In this document: positions 1 through 12,160 of the stretch, piece after piece | Numbering within the stretch: position 1 is the stretch's first letter | Layout of the letters: each line of letters starts with the position of its first letter | Assembly (NCBI GenBank): GCA_050273025.1 | Contig: CP158635.1 | Location: 17,484,001 to 17,548,000 of the forward strand | From: Cenococcum geophilum | Taxonomy: Eukaryota | DNA length: 64,000 nucleotides | Direction of reading: 5' to 3' | The notes under the pieces: model-generated | What the model was told of the DNA's origin: nothing | Seen by the model: only the letters and a program-made list of their open reading frames with translations | Databases searched by the model: none | Program-made: the position numbers and the translations under genes

Positions 1-865
1 CCTTTTTACGGCTTAAATCTGCCGCCGCTAAGAAGCCAGATTTAAGACCTTTTAATGCCGCTTAATAAACTCGTACGCCTAATTTTTTCCAGGGCGTTTC
101 TTAACTATATCCTTAGCAAAGTTTCGGACTATTACACAAGTAGGAGGTAGCCCTTAATTAGTTAATCGATTAATCTCATTTACTAGGGTAAGCTACTGTT
201 GTGCTGATAGTAATGAGACATTATCCCGGTAGATATGCCGTGGGTCGATTTTGCCTTGTGCGCGCCTTGCGAGTGTCGTACAATGGGGCTGTCGTACTAG
301 CGTTGTAGGAGCTGAAAGAGGCACGTTTTGTAAAGATAATGAATTCATTTTTATGTGATTTGGTAAAGAATTGATAGAGATAATTAATTTTGAAGCTTTC
401 CATCTTGTGGGTAAATGCACGTGCACGCTGCAGGGAGACCTTCTAATTGTAGCGAACGGTTGTGGCTACACGCAAGGACATGGAGAATTATTCTGGTTGG
501 CCGGGAGAATCAAATTCAGAACTTGCTTGACGACGCTCCCCCGACATATATTTCCTTAACGTACGCTTCCTCTTTTGCTTATGCCTCCGCCAAAACGCAA
601 ATACAAAGCCGTCTCCGCAATTGCCGATGAAATTTGGCAATGTCGTACGGGTGGAAACCTACGATATTGACGAAGATCACGACACTGCAGAACCAAAAGT
701 TCTTGCGGCCAAGCATGCGGCTTCGCTACAATTACTATGTACAGTTGGTGGCAACCAGGCGAGATTGGATGCGCGTACCGAATTTAAAATTTTGGAGCCC
801 TCGCCAAAGGGGGGGGTGGAAGCTGGTCGTGCACATCACTGTAGTTGGCCAGGAGAATCAAATGA

Positions 866-1252
866 AGGGGTCGTTCGGTTGCAATCTGGAGGCCTCAGAT
901 TCAGTTCAGAATAGAGTGATCTGGAGCTCCAATCTGATTCTGAGGCGACTGTTCGGTTGAATTCCAGTGCAACTTGACCTCAGCCACAAATTTTTCATGT
1001 TCCTCTGACCGCCCAAAAAACACGATAAAACTAGGCGCACTTTACCACCATATATAGGATCTGCACTGAAGGTCTTGGCGTCAGTTTGAAAATGAGCCTC
1101 GAGCTCCTCATTTGAATCTGAAGGCTTCAGATTGCACACGTTCGTGCGACTCGTAGAGCCACAGACGCGTGTCGAATCGGCAAGGAACGCGTTCTTTCTG
1201 CCGGACTTTCGGTTCAGATTCAAAAGCGTCAGATTGTAACCGAACGACCCCT
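866..1252. mobile_element. MITE-like element with 23-bp terminal inverted repeats (possibly PIF/Harbinger-type)
   Basis: AGGGGTCGTTCGGTTGCAATCTG (866-888) is the reverse complement of CAGATTGTAACCGAACGACCCCT (1230-1252), with one G/A mismatch. CAGATTCA/TGAATCTG motifs recur inside. No clean TSD, so the superfamily is a guess. Confidence 0.65.
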
Positions 1253-1736
1253 AAAGTAGTGAAGAAGTTGCCTGACGTATACTTCCTCTTCTCCCCTTTT
1301 CTATATACGCCCCCGTTGTGTCTGCTAAAACACGAATCCAACGCTGTTTCTGCAGAGAGGTTGATGAAATTTAGTTATATTTTATTTAAAAGAGGTATTC
1401 CTTTTATCTTTCTTTCTTTTAATAATAGGGTAGTTACTAGGCCGAGCGGATCCTATAGTAATACTTTGTGCTAGGATTAGTAGAGTAGAGAATCGTGGGA
1501 GGGTACAACAGGCATTATAGAATATTTGGAGACTGCATATTAAACTTTAATTACCTAGGAATAGGGGGGAATATATTTACTTAGGTAGAGCAAGGGGGTC
1601 ACAATGGCGGCTCAATTCCTTAGAGTATCGGCATGCGAGCTATGAAATAATAGGTTAATCATTATAATCACAACGGATAACGGTCAATTTCCCACACACA
1701 CACGGACGCGCGCGCGCGCAAATAAAGGTCATGCAA

Positions 1737-4319
1737 TCACTGAGGCTTCAATCCAATCACAGAAAGCTTCCCGGCAACACCTGCCTTAACAATTAGCTCC
1801 TGCCCACGCAACATCCAAGCTTCAAACCCCCTAATCGACTCCGTATCCGGAAAATCATCAAAAATAGGTAAACTTGTATCCGCATAGCTAGACCAAACGC
1901 CAAACAGATCTTTCTTATTACTGAAACTCGGAATCTTGGTTCTCACCCTGCAATAATAGAAATAAAGTACCCTGCATAGATTATTGACACGGTACTCGAA
2001 GCGGTTTTTACCAGCGTCGGGGGCTTGGCCCCCATCACCCAATAGATGCCACCAGGAAACGCGCCAGCGGAGAGTTAGCAGAATGATGCCGAGTTCTTTA
2101 ACGAACCTGATCCCATCTTCTGGATGGAGGGACATCCAGTCGTTCCACTTGTTGAGTAGCGTTTGCAGGCTGGAGTAGGCGTCAACCTCGAGCTTGCGGC
2201 ACATGATGCGCGAGAGCTGGGCGGCGAGGACGATATCTTCCCTCTCTGCAAGATCTTCCACATCCATGGGTCGGTCAGGAACGTCATCTGGTAGATGGCG
2301 ACGGTGCACTGGGACATAGGAGTAGCTTGCCCGGCTAGGCATGTTGTTCCATACTCCGAGGAGAACCTTGAACTTGATGAGACTAGGCATCATGATTGAT
2401 CAATGAAAGGAAGAACATACCATGAGGTCTTTAGTAGGGTCGCATTCCGTTACACATTGTTTCCATTCATCAGCTTTGAGAATCTCCTGATCAACAAAGT
2501 CCCGCAGATCATGTTTTGTCTTGGTTTGTTGCTTGTGGATCGATGAAAGGTATTGGTGGCACTTTCCCAGGTCAAGTACATACACGGATCGGCCGGCCTG
2601 ACGAACTCTGATATTAAAGCGGTGTCGACGGCTATCGATGAGGTTTAACACTCGATCTAGATCGAATGCTTCCGGAAGGTCAATGCGTATTCGACGAGTG
2701 CCGTTAATAGTTTGGTGATTAACGGCTCTCTGAGCTATAACACGCCCGTAAGTCCATGATTAATGTTACCAGGGGAAGTATAATTATCGTTAGTCCGTAG
2801 TGTAGGGAAGTTGGGCTATTAGCTCTGTCATCTGTGAGACGTGCTTACAAATGTAATTGCAAGTTCCCGACTCTACAATATCAAGAAAGTGTGCTTTAGT
2901 ACATGGCTGTGGCCATGTGGTACTAATACCAAGAGTTACGCAGCGTATGCATGGGTCACCATCACACTTGTTTAAGTCAGCACCTGCATTTGAATATCTG
3001 TTGCACCAGTACTTACGGCTTGCCTGTCCTTCTTGCATCTAATGCATACCAGCTTCTGTTTCCGACTCTTCTTGGCTTGCTCACGAGTTTCTGCTGAAAG
3101 AGGCCCTTTTCTCCGGCCTTTCATGTCTTTACCCTTGTTACCAGTCCCACTGTTTGGAGGAATTTCTTGAATGAATGTGAGATCTGGGTTCGGACGTCCA
3201 AATAGAGATATTGAGTCCGTAGCGAAAGTATAACGACGAGGCGATTGAGGTACATTGGGGCAAGGAGCGGGTGTTAATACACAGTTCGGGTAATCGGTAC
3301 GTTCTGGCGTTGGCCTTAGGGCCAGGATTCGTTTCTTGATTGCAGGCTGTTCGGGCTCTGAACTGCGTCGTATCTTCCAAATTGGTATAGTTGCTAGTTC
3401 CAGAGGTCTAGGATCAATGATGAAGTCGTTGTCCGGTTCAACACTAGGCATCGCGGTGCCCACAATGTTTCCAAGTGAAACGTCATCGTTCACTTTTAGA
3501 TGATCCAGTGGATGAAAGCCACCTGATAACATTGACTGACCTGGCTCAAATGAAAAGTGGGGATGGTCCATATCTTGCCCAAAAGATTCAACATCAGTGG
3601 TAGAAACAACGGTGGTTTCATCAACGTCAACTAAAGAATGATCGAGACGATAATGGGTATTGTGACTGAAATCATCTAGACCAGCTAGGTTGCTTAAAGC
3701 CTGGAAGTAGCTATCGCTATCCAAGATACCACTTCGCTCAGGGACAGTCCGGGATGGCGTAAATCCTGGCAGTATTGACGGCAAGCCGCCTTGATTTGGG
3801 CCATCTGCGAGAAGCCAACCGTGCATGTAGTAAGGCCGATCCGGTGTGGCGGGGCAATGAGCCGACGAGTCGCCAGCGAGAGTGCCGTCGACAAGAGATA
3901 AGTCAAGAACCTCCTGTCCATTGTAGTGTTGATGAGGTTCATTGCCCAAGGGAGCCTGGATTTCTGAGATCCCGAATTTAGAACTGGTAAAAGGTACCGT
4001 TTCTGCAACACATTGACGAGCAGATGGTTCCCTACAGCACATTAGGTCAGGTGTATACTAATGGGAGGTCAGACTAGTTGTTGGACGAAGCCGTAACCTA
4101 CGGGAATATCGGGTTTGAGTCGCACCCCAAATATCCTTTCTCGCCATCGGCACAAGAACCTTGACTGCTTGATTGTGGAGGCAACAGCCTTTGTTCTACA
4201 AGGGAATAGTGGGAAATAGTCTCACACGCAGATATGCCCATATTAGAGAGGGGTTTTTGAACCTGTCTTACTCCCTGGACAGGCGCCAAGGTCAACCACC
4301 GTGGGTCGACGGTCTCCAT
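1737..4319 (-). CDS. Fungal Zn(II)2Cys6-like transcription factor, 5 exons, ~764 aa
   Basis: Exons 4319-4102, 4031-3017, 2966-2849, 2734-2421, 2366-1737. The GT..AG introns (70, 50, 114, 54 nt) keep frame; total 2295 nt. Splicing joins four ORF-track fragments and creates KGRRKGPLSAETREQAKKSRKQKLV-CIRCKKDRQACDGDPCIRCVTLGISTTWPQPC (basic NLS-like stretch plus six-Cys cluster). Confidence 0.88.
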
Positions 4320-4727
4320 ATTCGCGCATGCTGCAAGGAGAATGAAAGATTATCCCCACATCGTGACACGCCTTAGTGAAATATAACTGATCTTTCTCGA
4401 GGCAAGGCTGGATAGGTGTCACCCCACAACGCTGGGGTTTAGGATCCCTGCAACTTTCTCTCCAATCGCAGCACGGACCGCTGAGCGTTTACGGTTAGCG
4501 TGGTTTTTCCAGCCAACTTCACGTCCCGTGGTGCTGCATAATAGATCAGTCTATAGTCCACCCAATGTCTGAGAGAGGTGGTGAGACTAAGATGGAATAT
4601 ACAAGGCTTTGTGCATCCTAGAAGACTCGTGTTCATCGCTGGTGACGTTTCGAGTATCCCGCCCGCCTCATTTCCATCTGAAGAATTTCCCCTACTCCAA
4701 CTTTGGTTGAGAGTCCGCCGATTCACC

Positions 4728-5697
4728 ATGCGGCTTCTGGTATGCTGCCTTCGGTTCATCCAACCGGCATATAAAGCTGATCAGCATAGCTTGTGAACGA
4801 CGATGGGCCGCCAAGCAAGGTGTCGCCTTATTTTCGACCGTTCATAGACACATTGCACGCGGCAGGCCACTCAACCCACGTTGTCATTCCAGATTCCCCT
4901 CTTTCTTGGATTGGGAAGGCTCATGCTGTCGGAAAGAGCTTAACGGCCACACCTGTCTGTCCGGACGACTTCTCTGCGCAGGACGATCGCGTCCCTCATA
5001 GTGAGGAAAATTGTCTAAAGCATCAATGGCTCTTGTTGAATGGTGCACCTGCAAGTTGTACTCAAGTGGGGCTTTTCCACTCTGGTATGGCTCCAAGTGA
5101 CTTTGATTTGGTTGTATCTGGACCGAATCATGGACCAAATGCCTCCACCATCTATAACCTGTCCAGTGGAACTGTAGGTGGCGCGTTAGAAGGCGCACTC
5201 TGCGGCAAAAGGTCTGTTGCTTTATCCTTCGGCAGTAAGGATGTCCAGCCCCCAGGTCTAATCAAAGGTGCCTGCCGACGTGCCGTTCAACTCATTGAAA
5301 ATCTGGAACGCAACTGGTCAGAAGGTGTAGAGCTCTATAACATCAATGTTCCAATGGTACCGGATATTGCCGATCAGGCGATCTACTTCACAGTGCCTAC
5401 CAAAGCTTACTGGACCCAAGGCAGCCTTTTCAAAGCTATTGACCATGCCGAGGTTAAGTCGAGACGGGTCTTACAGTTTCGGTGGGCGCCAGATATGCCA
5501 GATATGAAACGCGCAGCTGAGCGGAGTGTAGAAGGCGAGGACCTCTGGGCATCCAAGAACGGCTTCGTAAGGTGAGGGTACTGAAGAAAGTTGCGAAATC
5601 CAACACTGCTAACAACGCATTCAGTATCACTGGATTCAAGGCAAATTTTGCAGTTGTGGATGGTTTCCGCGGGCAGTACAGCCTCACTGGTTCATAA
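4728..5697 (+). CDS. SurE-like 5'/3'-nucleotidase/phosphatase, 3 exons, ~288 aa
   Basis: Exons 4728-4739, 4790-5571, 5625-5697 (introns GTATGC..GCTGAT..TAG and GTGAGG..GCTAAC..CAG). SurE motifs MRLLLVNDDG, NGAPASC, DLVVSGPNHGPN, SSGTVGGA, YNINVP and a C-terminal GFVSITGFK. Confidence 0.92.
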
Positions 5698-8289
5698 TGG
5701 ACACTTTGAACGACGGGATGATATGGATGAGAATGTTCTAGTTCTTTCCTTGCAGCAGCCAATAGATGTTTAGAAATTTGCGCCACCTACATTGTACTAA
5801 TTTAAGAGGCGTTTTGCCAACACGTAGATCAGCCCCAACTATTGTTACAAAGCGATATCGTTTTGCTCACCGGCCACGTGATCGGTATCCCACGAAATCC
5901 AATAAGCTTCCTGCTGTTCTCAAACAAGCCTAGAAGCTCTGTAAAACCTAAGACATATTAACCAATCTGCTTTAGTATTAGAACTGACGGTAGAACTATA
6001 GTGGGACCAAGACAAAGTCGGCCTTCAAATTTTTCCAAACACTGCATCACCTAACAATCAACTCCGCATTCACAACCAGGAATCAAAGATGGGGAACTTC
6101 TCGAAGTATTACGGTCAGCCCTTCTTCTCCTTTGCCAATATACCATTGAAGAAGCAAGAAGCGGATTGCGAGGTAACCAACCTGAGGGTTAGACGCCCTT
6201 ATACATCATTGGTGTACCTCAATGGTACGTTAATTATTCACCACCCGGTCGTTTGACTGTAGGATTCAATAACATCTTCTCGAAAATTTCGCTCATCATT
6301 TAAAGGGACCATGGACTTGCCTCTTAATCCTCGGGAACCTCACGTGCTTCGCAGGTGGCCACCACTGAAACGACCATCCTCTATCCAGGGTAACAGCCAC
6401 CGTATGAAGCGCCACCTAAGGCCGAAGTCAAATCCTAGCCATAAGACCATCTCCCAATACGATTCTTTGTTCGGAATCGGCGCGCAATTCGATGATGTTG
6501 GCGTTCCAGCCGCTATCCCAGCGATTCCGTATGTTAATATTCCCGGTCATCCTTATATTTAGATGCTAGCACTTCACGACTGTAATTCGCTCTCTCTAAA
6601 CGCTTTATTGCATACAGGTTTGCGACACCTTAAGTCGCGCTTTTCCGCTAACTTCGGTGTGCTATTCTTTTCGCCAGTTTCGGAAGGTTTTAGTTCATTT
6701 TCTCCTCGAGAGACATAGGTCGTTTGTTTTCGCTTCTCTGAACCAAGATATATTTAAATTTTCATCTATTTACTTGGCTTTTATTACTGACCTTTGGGCT
6801 ACTTATATTCTACTTTATCGACTTGTTTAATCGGGAGTACCAAACAGGCGTCTCTAGCTCTAATTTTTTTTGCTGAGTAGAGAGGGTATTCTAGTAATGT
6901 CGATACCAGCTTTTTCTTCAAATGGAATGGACGAATCCTTCAGTATATTTAGACAGGTGTAAGGATTAGGATAACTATAAATACTTCCGAGTCCGAATCG
7001 CTGCAAGTACTAAAGGCTTAAATAAGAGACTTAAGCTACTAGGATCCAGTTATAACCTGTAAGTTAATTAATTAATATATAGTACTACCGCAACTATATA
7101 TTATAGGACACTAGCGTCTATCTCGGCTGGCTATCCGACCTGGAGCCTAGTGCAGCGTGGCTAATAAGCCGTCGATTGGCTTGATAAGACTTCGACCAAC
7201 TAATCAGAGCACTAACTGGACAAACTATTAAGGATATATTACAAACGATGGATAGACTATTTAACTCTTAGTAATGGCGTATACTACCTTAATTTAGGTA
7301 TAGAAGAGTAAATGCACGGACTATGCACGGACTAGAATTAGCGTAGATACGTCTTTTACACCCCCTTTTACGCGATAAATCAGGGTAGTAGAAAATCTAA
7401 TCGATAACGATCGATACGATACGCAAGATTATATTAAAATTTTTAATCCGCTACTAAATAAGCGAGTGATTATAGCTAAAATATTAACTATATTCTACCA
7501 ACGTCCTCTTTTGATTCTAGTGTTTTGGTGTTCTGCGCACGGTCCAATTATCGTAGGACGCCACGCCATTGACCAAAAAAACGAGACTGCAAATAAGCGA
7601 GAGTACCCCAAAACTCTCCCCCCATATATTTTATTATACATTTTGCAGATGCAGAGCGCTCTACACTATGCCCCGTCCCCATACTTCTTAAAATAATAAG
7701 CAATATCCCTACTACGGGCAGCATAGGTCTCAAAAACACTATACAACGCCGCAGAAGGCCCGTATTACTGGCGCGATCGAGTTTAACCACGCGATAGGCT
7801 TTCAGGGCTTTAACAATAAAGTCTTTAATTACTACGGCTGCTCGAAGGCCTCTGGCTATCGTATTCTTAGTAGTAAAAGTAGTCAAACGGAAAGACGACT
7901 ACAAATTCCGGTGGTGGGCGATGAGAACGTGGATCTCGCGATTTTGCAGTCCCACTTTTTCTGTCAATCGCGTGGCCACGACGCTAGGTAGCCATAAGGC
8001 TTCGAAGTTGCCCCGCACCTCGCCATCACATCCCGAGGGTTCGGACTACAGGCAAAACTCCTTAGTACGATATGGCTTCTGCAGCCGAGCGTATCGTAAT
8101 ACCAATGGTATCGTTGTATTCAGGTTTTGTATGTAAGATACACCAAAAATCAAAATTATAGTATATATTGTGTATCTACATGCGCGAAGCCGTAATTGGG
8201 CGACTGGCTCTACCAAAAAAAGGTGATTGCCACTTGCTTGGTGTTTTGAAGCCGTCGGTCTTGAATACGACGATCGTGCCTTAACAGAG

Positions 8290-8552
8290 TTACAATAACC
8301 ACTAGGCCTCTTCCGCTCTCGTAGGCCTTGCCCACAAGGCAATTTAGCTAGATCAAGCTGCTTAAATTTATCGCTTAGTATTTCTGATATTGAGGATTGG
8401 TTAAATTTTCGACGGAGGAAGTCGCTTGCCCAGCGAGTAACCTCCGATTGTAGCAGGCCAGGGTATTTTTGGTAGTGGGCGCGTATTTTCTGGCGTTCAA
8501 AGTTAGAGAATCCATGACGGCGTGGCCTCTTAGAATTGCGAGACCTACCTAT
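8290..8552 (-). pseudogene. Truncated transposase N-terminus (CENP-B/Abp1-type HTH)
   Basis: Reads (ATA, probably RIPed ATG) GRSRNSKRPRRHGFSNFERQKIRAHYQKYPGLLQSEVTRWASDFLRRKFNQSSISEILSDKFKQLD, resembling the N-terminal HTH of CENP-B/Abp1/pogo proteins. No DDE domain follows. Confidence 0.75.
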
Positions 8553-8783
8553 ATCAATAAGGTAGAATCAAGTATGGAGAGTAAGATCTGAGGTTCAATT
8601 TGATAGATTTTGATCGTTGTGTGATAAAAGTTGACGGCTAAACTCGCGGTGAGATGAGGCCAAATCCGATGAATTAAAACTGGTTATACCGATTTTGGTG
8701 GAGGCACCTAACGATATCGTCAAAAGTCAGATTATCGTTAATTACACCAAAAAAGGCTTGATCAGGGCGTGTAGATCGTAATA

Positions 8784-9130
8784 CAGTCAAAACTCTTTAT
8801 AACGATGCGGGTCGTACGGCCGACCATATCGTAATACCAATGGTATTGTTATACATGGAGTCACGTGTTGGGTTAATAAGCAAGAAAAAGGAGGCTGACG
8901 CGTGGCTAAGCATCCTAAAAGGGCGTAGGGCATCTACTTCACGGGCTAAGTAGGACCCCTCCCATACAAAATCTCTACTGGTTATAACGATTTTGGTAGA
9001 GAAAACTTAACGATATTGTGAATAGTCAGTATATCGTAATATTACACCAAAAAAAATTTGATTAAGGGGTGTAGATCGTAATATAGAGTATATCGTTGTA
9101 ATCAAATATCGTACTAAAGAGTTTCGACTG
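8784..9130. mobile_element. Nested 347-bp MITE related to the surrounding pogo-type element
   Basis: TA|CAGTCAAAACTCTTTA...TAAAGAGTTTCGACTG|TA. Removing it restores ATCGTAATACCAATGGTATCGTT, the subterminal motif also found near 8093-8116. Confidence 0.85.
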
Positions 9131-9358
9131 TACCAATGGTATCGTTATATACCCGGTATCGTACTAAGGAGTTTTGCCTGTACCAATAAATTCTCTCAGA
9201 ATATAAAAAGGCGTTCATTCGGGAAAGGTCTTCTGCTTCTGCTATCCTCTAAAGAGTGTTGCAAAATCTTCCCCCCAGCAGTGATCTATTTAGACTGAGG
9301 TCAAATCCACTCCAATGCTCCAGTCCAAATCCAACGCCCTAGATAGGAATAATAGTAA

Positions 9359-9807
9359 CCTATCCCATGCGCGGTCACGATAGGCGCAATAACTCTCGGA
9401 GGACGCTGTTGTCTTGCCCACTACTTACTATCGCGAGATTTTTGTGTTGTATTCACTAAAAGCTCTATAAGAGGCTTCCGGCATACTATCTTCTCTATTA
9501 CAGAGCCTCTGCGTGCAGCTTGCGTCGCTGCACGGCTTGGTTGTTTAGAGAAGATCTGAATGGGCTCTTGCCCGTGCTCCTCCGCTGGTGCCTTATGTAT
9601 ATCCTTTTCCTCCGTTGTAGCGACGCGACCGGGGGGTTTACGCAAGATCTGCATCGTTGGAAGTACGTTTGCGGCCCGTTGTAGTGATATAATTGAGGTA
9701 GGAAGCTATATAGTTTCTACGGTGGAGATATTTGCTAATGTTTTGGTGTTCGCGCACGGACCGCATTTTTATTGCGCCTTAACCGCACATGGGCACGATG
9801 GGATAGG
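9359..9807. mobile_element. Possible small TIR-element relic
   Basis: CCTATCCCATGCGCGGTCA at the left end is an imperfect inverse of TAACCGCACATGGG...ATGGGATAGG at the right end. Contains a short basic minus-strand ORF (9421-9654). No clear TSD. Confidence 0.4.
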
Positions 9808-9881
9808 CTAGCCCGCCATTTTGGATCCAATTTGGCGCGAGTGTTCGCGCCGGTCCAATAGATCACCGGCCCCCAGATTTC

Positions 9882-11051
9882 TCACTCTTCCTCCCTCTTT
9901 AATACGAACTCTAAAAATGCAACCACATACTCAACTACGACCTCCATACCCCTCTCGGGCTGCAGCAATGTCTTCACCTCAGCCTCCGCATCGGACTCAT
10001 CTAGGTCCTCACCACCACTCAACAACGCCACCTCCTCCGTCGCATTTAACCTCAATCCTAACTTCTCAATCTGCATCGGAAAATCTGAAAACATATAATG
10101 CAGCGATCCCGCCAACTCAAGTTCCAGTTTCCAGCCTCTAAGAACAGACCACAGCTGCGCCCACGTCGCCGCCGACAACTGCGTCTCAGGATCATCTCCG
10201 TCATAGAAACGCGTATTGTTGGTATGACCGAACAGCAGGAATGGTTGATCAAGGTCTTCTTCTAGCACGTCCCCGAAGAGTTGTCCGTCTATGTTAAGAC
10301 CTCCTTTAATACGCGTCTCATTTACCATTGCGCTGGCGGTCGCAGCGCCGCCGAGGGAATGCCCGAACATGGCTACGGAACTGGTATTCAGTGCACAGTC
10401 TTTCCCGGGTATGAGTTGATCCACAACGGTGGCGTTGGAAAGCTGGTTGAGAACGAATGCTGTATCTTCGACGCGGACATCAATTGCTACGATTGCTTCG
10501 GCTACAAGTTGTGCCAGAGGCGCGGATTCATTGACTAGTATGCCTTTAATGTATGAGCCATCGGGAAACTCGACAATATCGGCGTCGTAGGGGTGGTCCA
10601 TCATAATGACTGTGAAGCCATAGCTGGCAATATTGGAAATCAGGAGGCTGTAGTCAAGACGGGTGTTGCCTTGGGCTGGGGAAAAGAGCACGACGGGTGT
10701 GGCTAATGGATTGGATCTGCATCCAACTTGAAGGAACAGGGACTCGTAGCTTCCTCTTGGAAATCCATACGCCCTGTCTTCACATGCTGCGGTGAGAGGA
10801 GGCATGTATGGATACCGGCAGGAAGGTGCTCGGTATTGGAGCGGGTAGATGGCTGAGACCATGATTGCGCGAGGCATTGGGGAGGGTGCGTACGGATCGA
10901 GGCGAGAGGTGTCAATAAATTCCATGGTATTGATGACGACATCGAAGGGACCGCTTGGTTTTGGAAAGACATTGAGAGTTTGTCCTGCCGAGTCCAGACA
11001 GGGACACAGAATCAAAAGAGCGATGACTTGGAAGTTTCTTGGCAGATGCAT
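9882..11051 (-). CDS. Secreted alpha/beta-hydrolase, PAF-acetylhydrolase-like family (389 aa, intronless)
   Basis: Hydrophobic signal-peptide-like N-terminus. Motifs PVVLFSP, ASYGFTVIMMDHPYDA, nucleophile elbow GHSLGG, GLNIDG and catalytic-His region GSLHYMFSDFP. Confidence 0.9.
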   Translation of the reverse strand: MHLPRNFQVIALLILCPCLDSAGQTLNVFPKPSGPFDVVINTMEFIDTSRLDPYAPSPMPRAIMVSAIYPLQYRAPSCRYPYMPPLTAACEDRAYGFPRGSYESLFLQVGCRSNPLATPVVLFSPAQGNTRLDYSLLISNIASYGFTVIMMDHPYDADIVEFPDGSYIKGILVNESAPLAQLVAEAIVAIDVRVEDTAFVLNQLSNATVVDQLIPGKDCALNTSSVAMFGHSLGGAATASAMVNETRIKGGLNIDGQLFGDVLEEDLDQPFLLFGHTNNTRFYDGDDPETQLSAATWAQLWSVLRGWKLELELAGSLHYMFSDFPMQIEKLGLRLNATEEVALLSGGEDLDESDAEAEVKTLLQPERGMEVVVEYVVAFLEFVLKREEE

Positions 11052-12043
11052 GACTTGAGACGGAGATAAAATATACTGTAGCTATGCTTCAAGATGATTA
11101 TGGCACAAGAACTCCTACGCTTTATATAAGTAGGGTTGGTGTATGAGATGTGGACTTGGGTCACAAAGTTGTTAGCCTTGCCGCGGCTGGCTCGTAAACC
11201 GCCCATGTAGCCGCGTCCAGTGTGTCCAAGAGCTAGCGTCGCTGACAGCTGATCTCTATCTTAACAGCGTATAGGATATTAGGTAAATTAGGGCTAAATT
11301 TTAATTAGGAAACGTTAATATTATATATAGAGAGGTACTGCTAAAAAACCGTAATAGGACACCACGAAGTCTATATTACTTGCCTAATTGGGATAGCTAG
11401 TTGTAGCGTGACAGTCAGCATACGATATCTTTCAGTCAGCGGACAGCGAGCGATCCAATTGACGCGGTCAGCTATGAGGCTCAAGCTGGCAGCCAGGCTG
11501 ACTGTTGGACACACTAACTACCGTTGTGGAAGCAAGCAAGCATGGGAACTTCGCTAGAGGAAATACTCAAGGATAATCAGGGTCTCCTCTGATGACGCCT
11601 TTCTAGGCAACTGTGCATAACAAGTCCATGATGCACATATCAAAGGTCAAAACTGCAATTGCCCTTCCTTCCTACTTGCCCCTGGAATCGTCGGGATAAA
11701 CAATATAGGAAGACTATCATCCGGTTCACGCCGAATACAAGCCTCTCACGTTTCCGCGTGCTTCCCAGGTTGATTCGTGTTGTCGGATGTTTGAATTCAT
11801 GCCCTCTCCTAGTCGGACACGTTCTTAATTACCGAACTTGGATTATTCAACAGCCCCGAAGCTGTAGGGATATTGCTACTAGAGCCGTCGCCCAGTTTCT
11901 TCTTTATGTGCATGAAACAGTGTGCTTCTTCATGCTTCGCACACGGAGTCAGCGGGAGCGGCGACGAACCCCGTCTCATGCATTACCTCTAGTTTCAAAT
12001 AGCCAACGCAACCCGCGACCAGAAGTAGGAATCAATCAGCTCG

Positions 12044-12160
12044 GCACTAGATTCTTAACAGCACCGAATTCTTAACAGCACCGAATTCTTAACAGCACCG
12101 AATTCTTAACTTGCGCTGGATTCATATCAGCACTAGATTTTTTACAGCACTGAATTCTTG
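12044..12160. repeat. 17-bp tandem repeat GCACCGAATTCTTAACA
   Basis: Three near-perfect copies at 12061-12110 plus about four degenerate flanking copies. Confidence 0.85.

Larger units (their letters stand above)
8049..9180 (-). mobile_element. Tc1/mariner (pogo/Tigger-type) internally deleted element
   Basis: TIRs CAGGCAAAACTCCTTAGTACGATA (8049-) and TATCGTACTAAGGAGTTTTGCCTG (-9180), each flanked by TA. Carries a remnant transposase N-terminus on the minus strand. Confidence 0.88.

Noticed and set aside
1692..1720. (CA)n/(CG)n alternating tract downstream of the Zn-cluster gene
   Set aside because: Short microsatellite; nothing supports a function.
6089..6562. Possible small spliced gene (ATG 6089, GTACGT..CTGTAG intron, ORF 6311-6562)
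   Set aside because: The obvious splice leads to an early stop, and no frame-consistent model or recognisable domain was found. Left unannotated.
11659..12075. 138-aa ORF with non-ATG start
   Set aside because: TTG start, no domain similarity recognised, and it ends inside the 17-bp tandem repeat.
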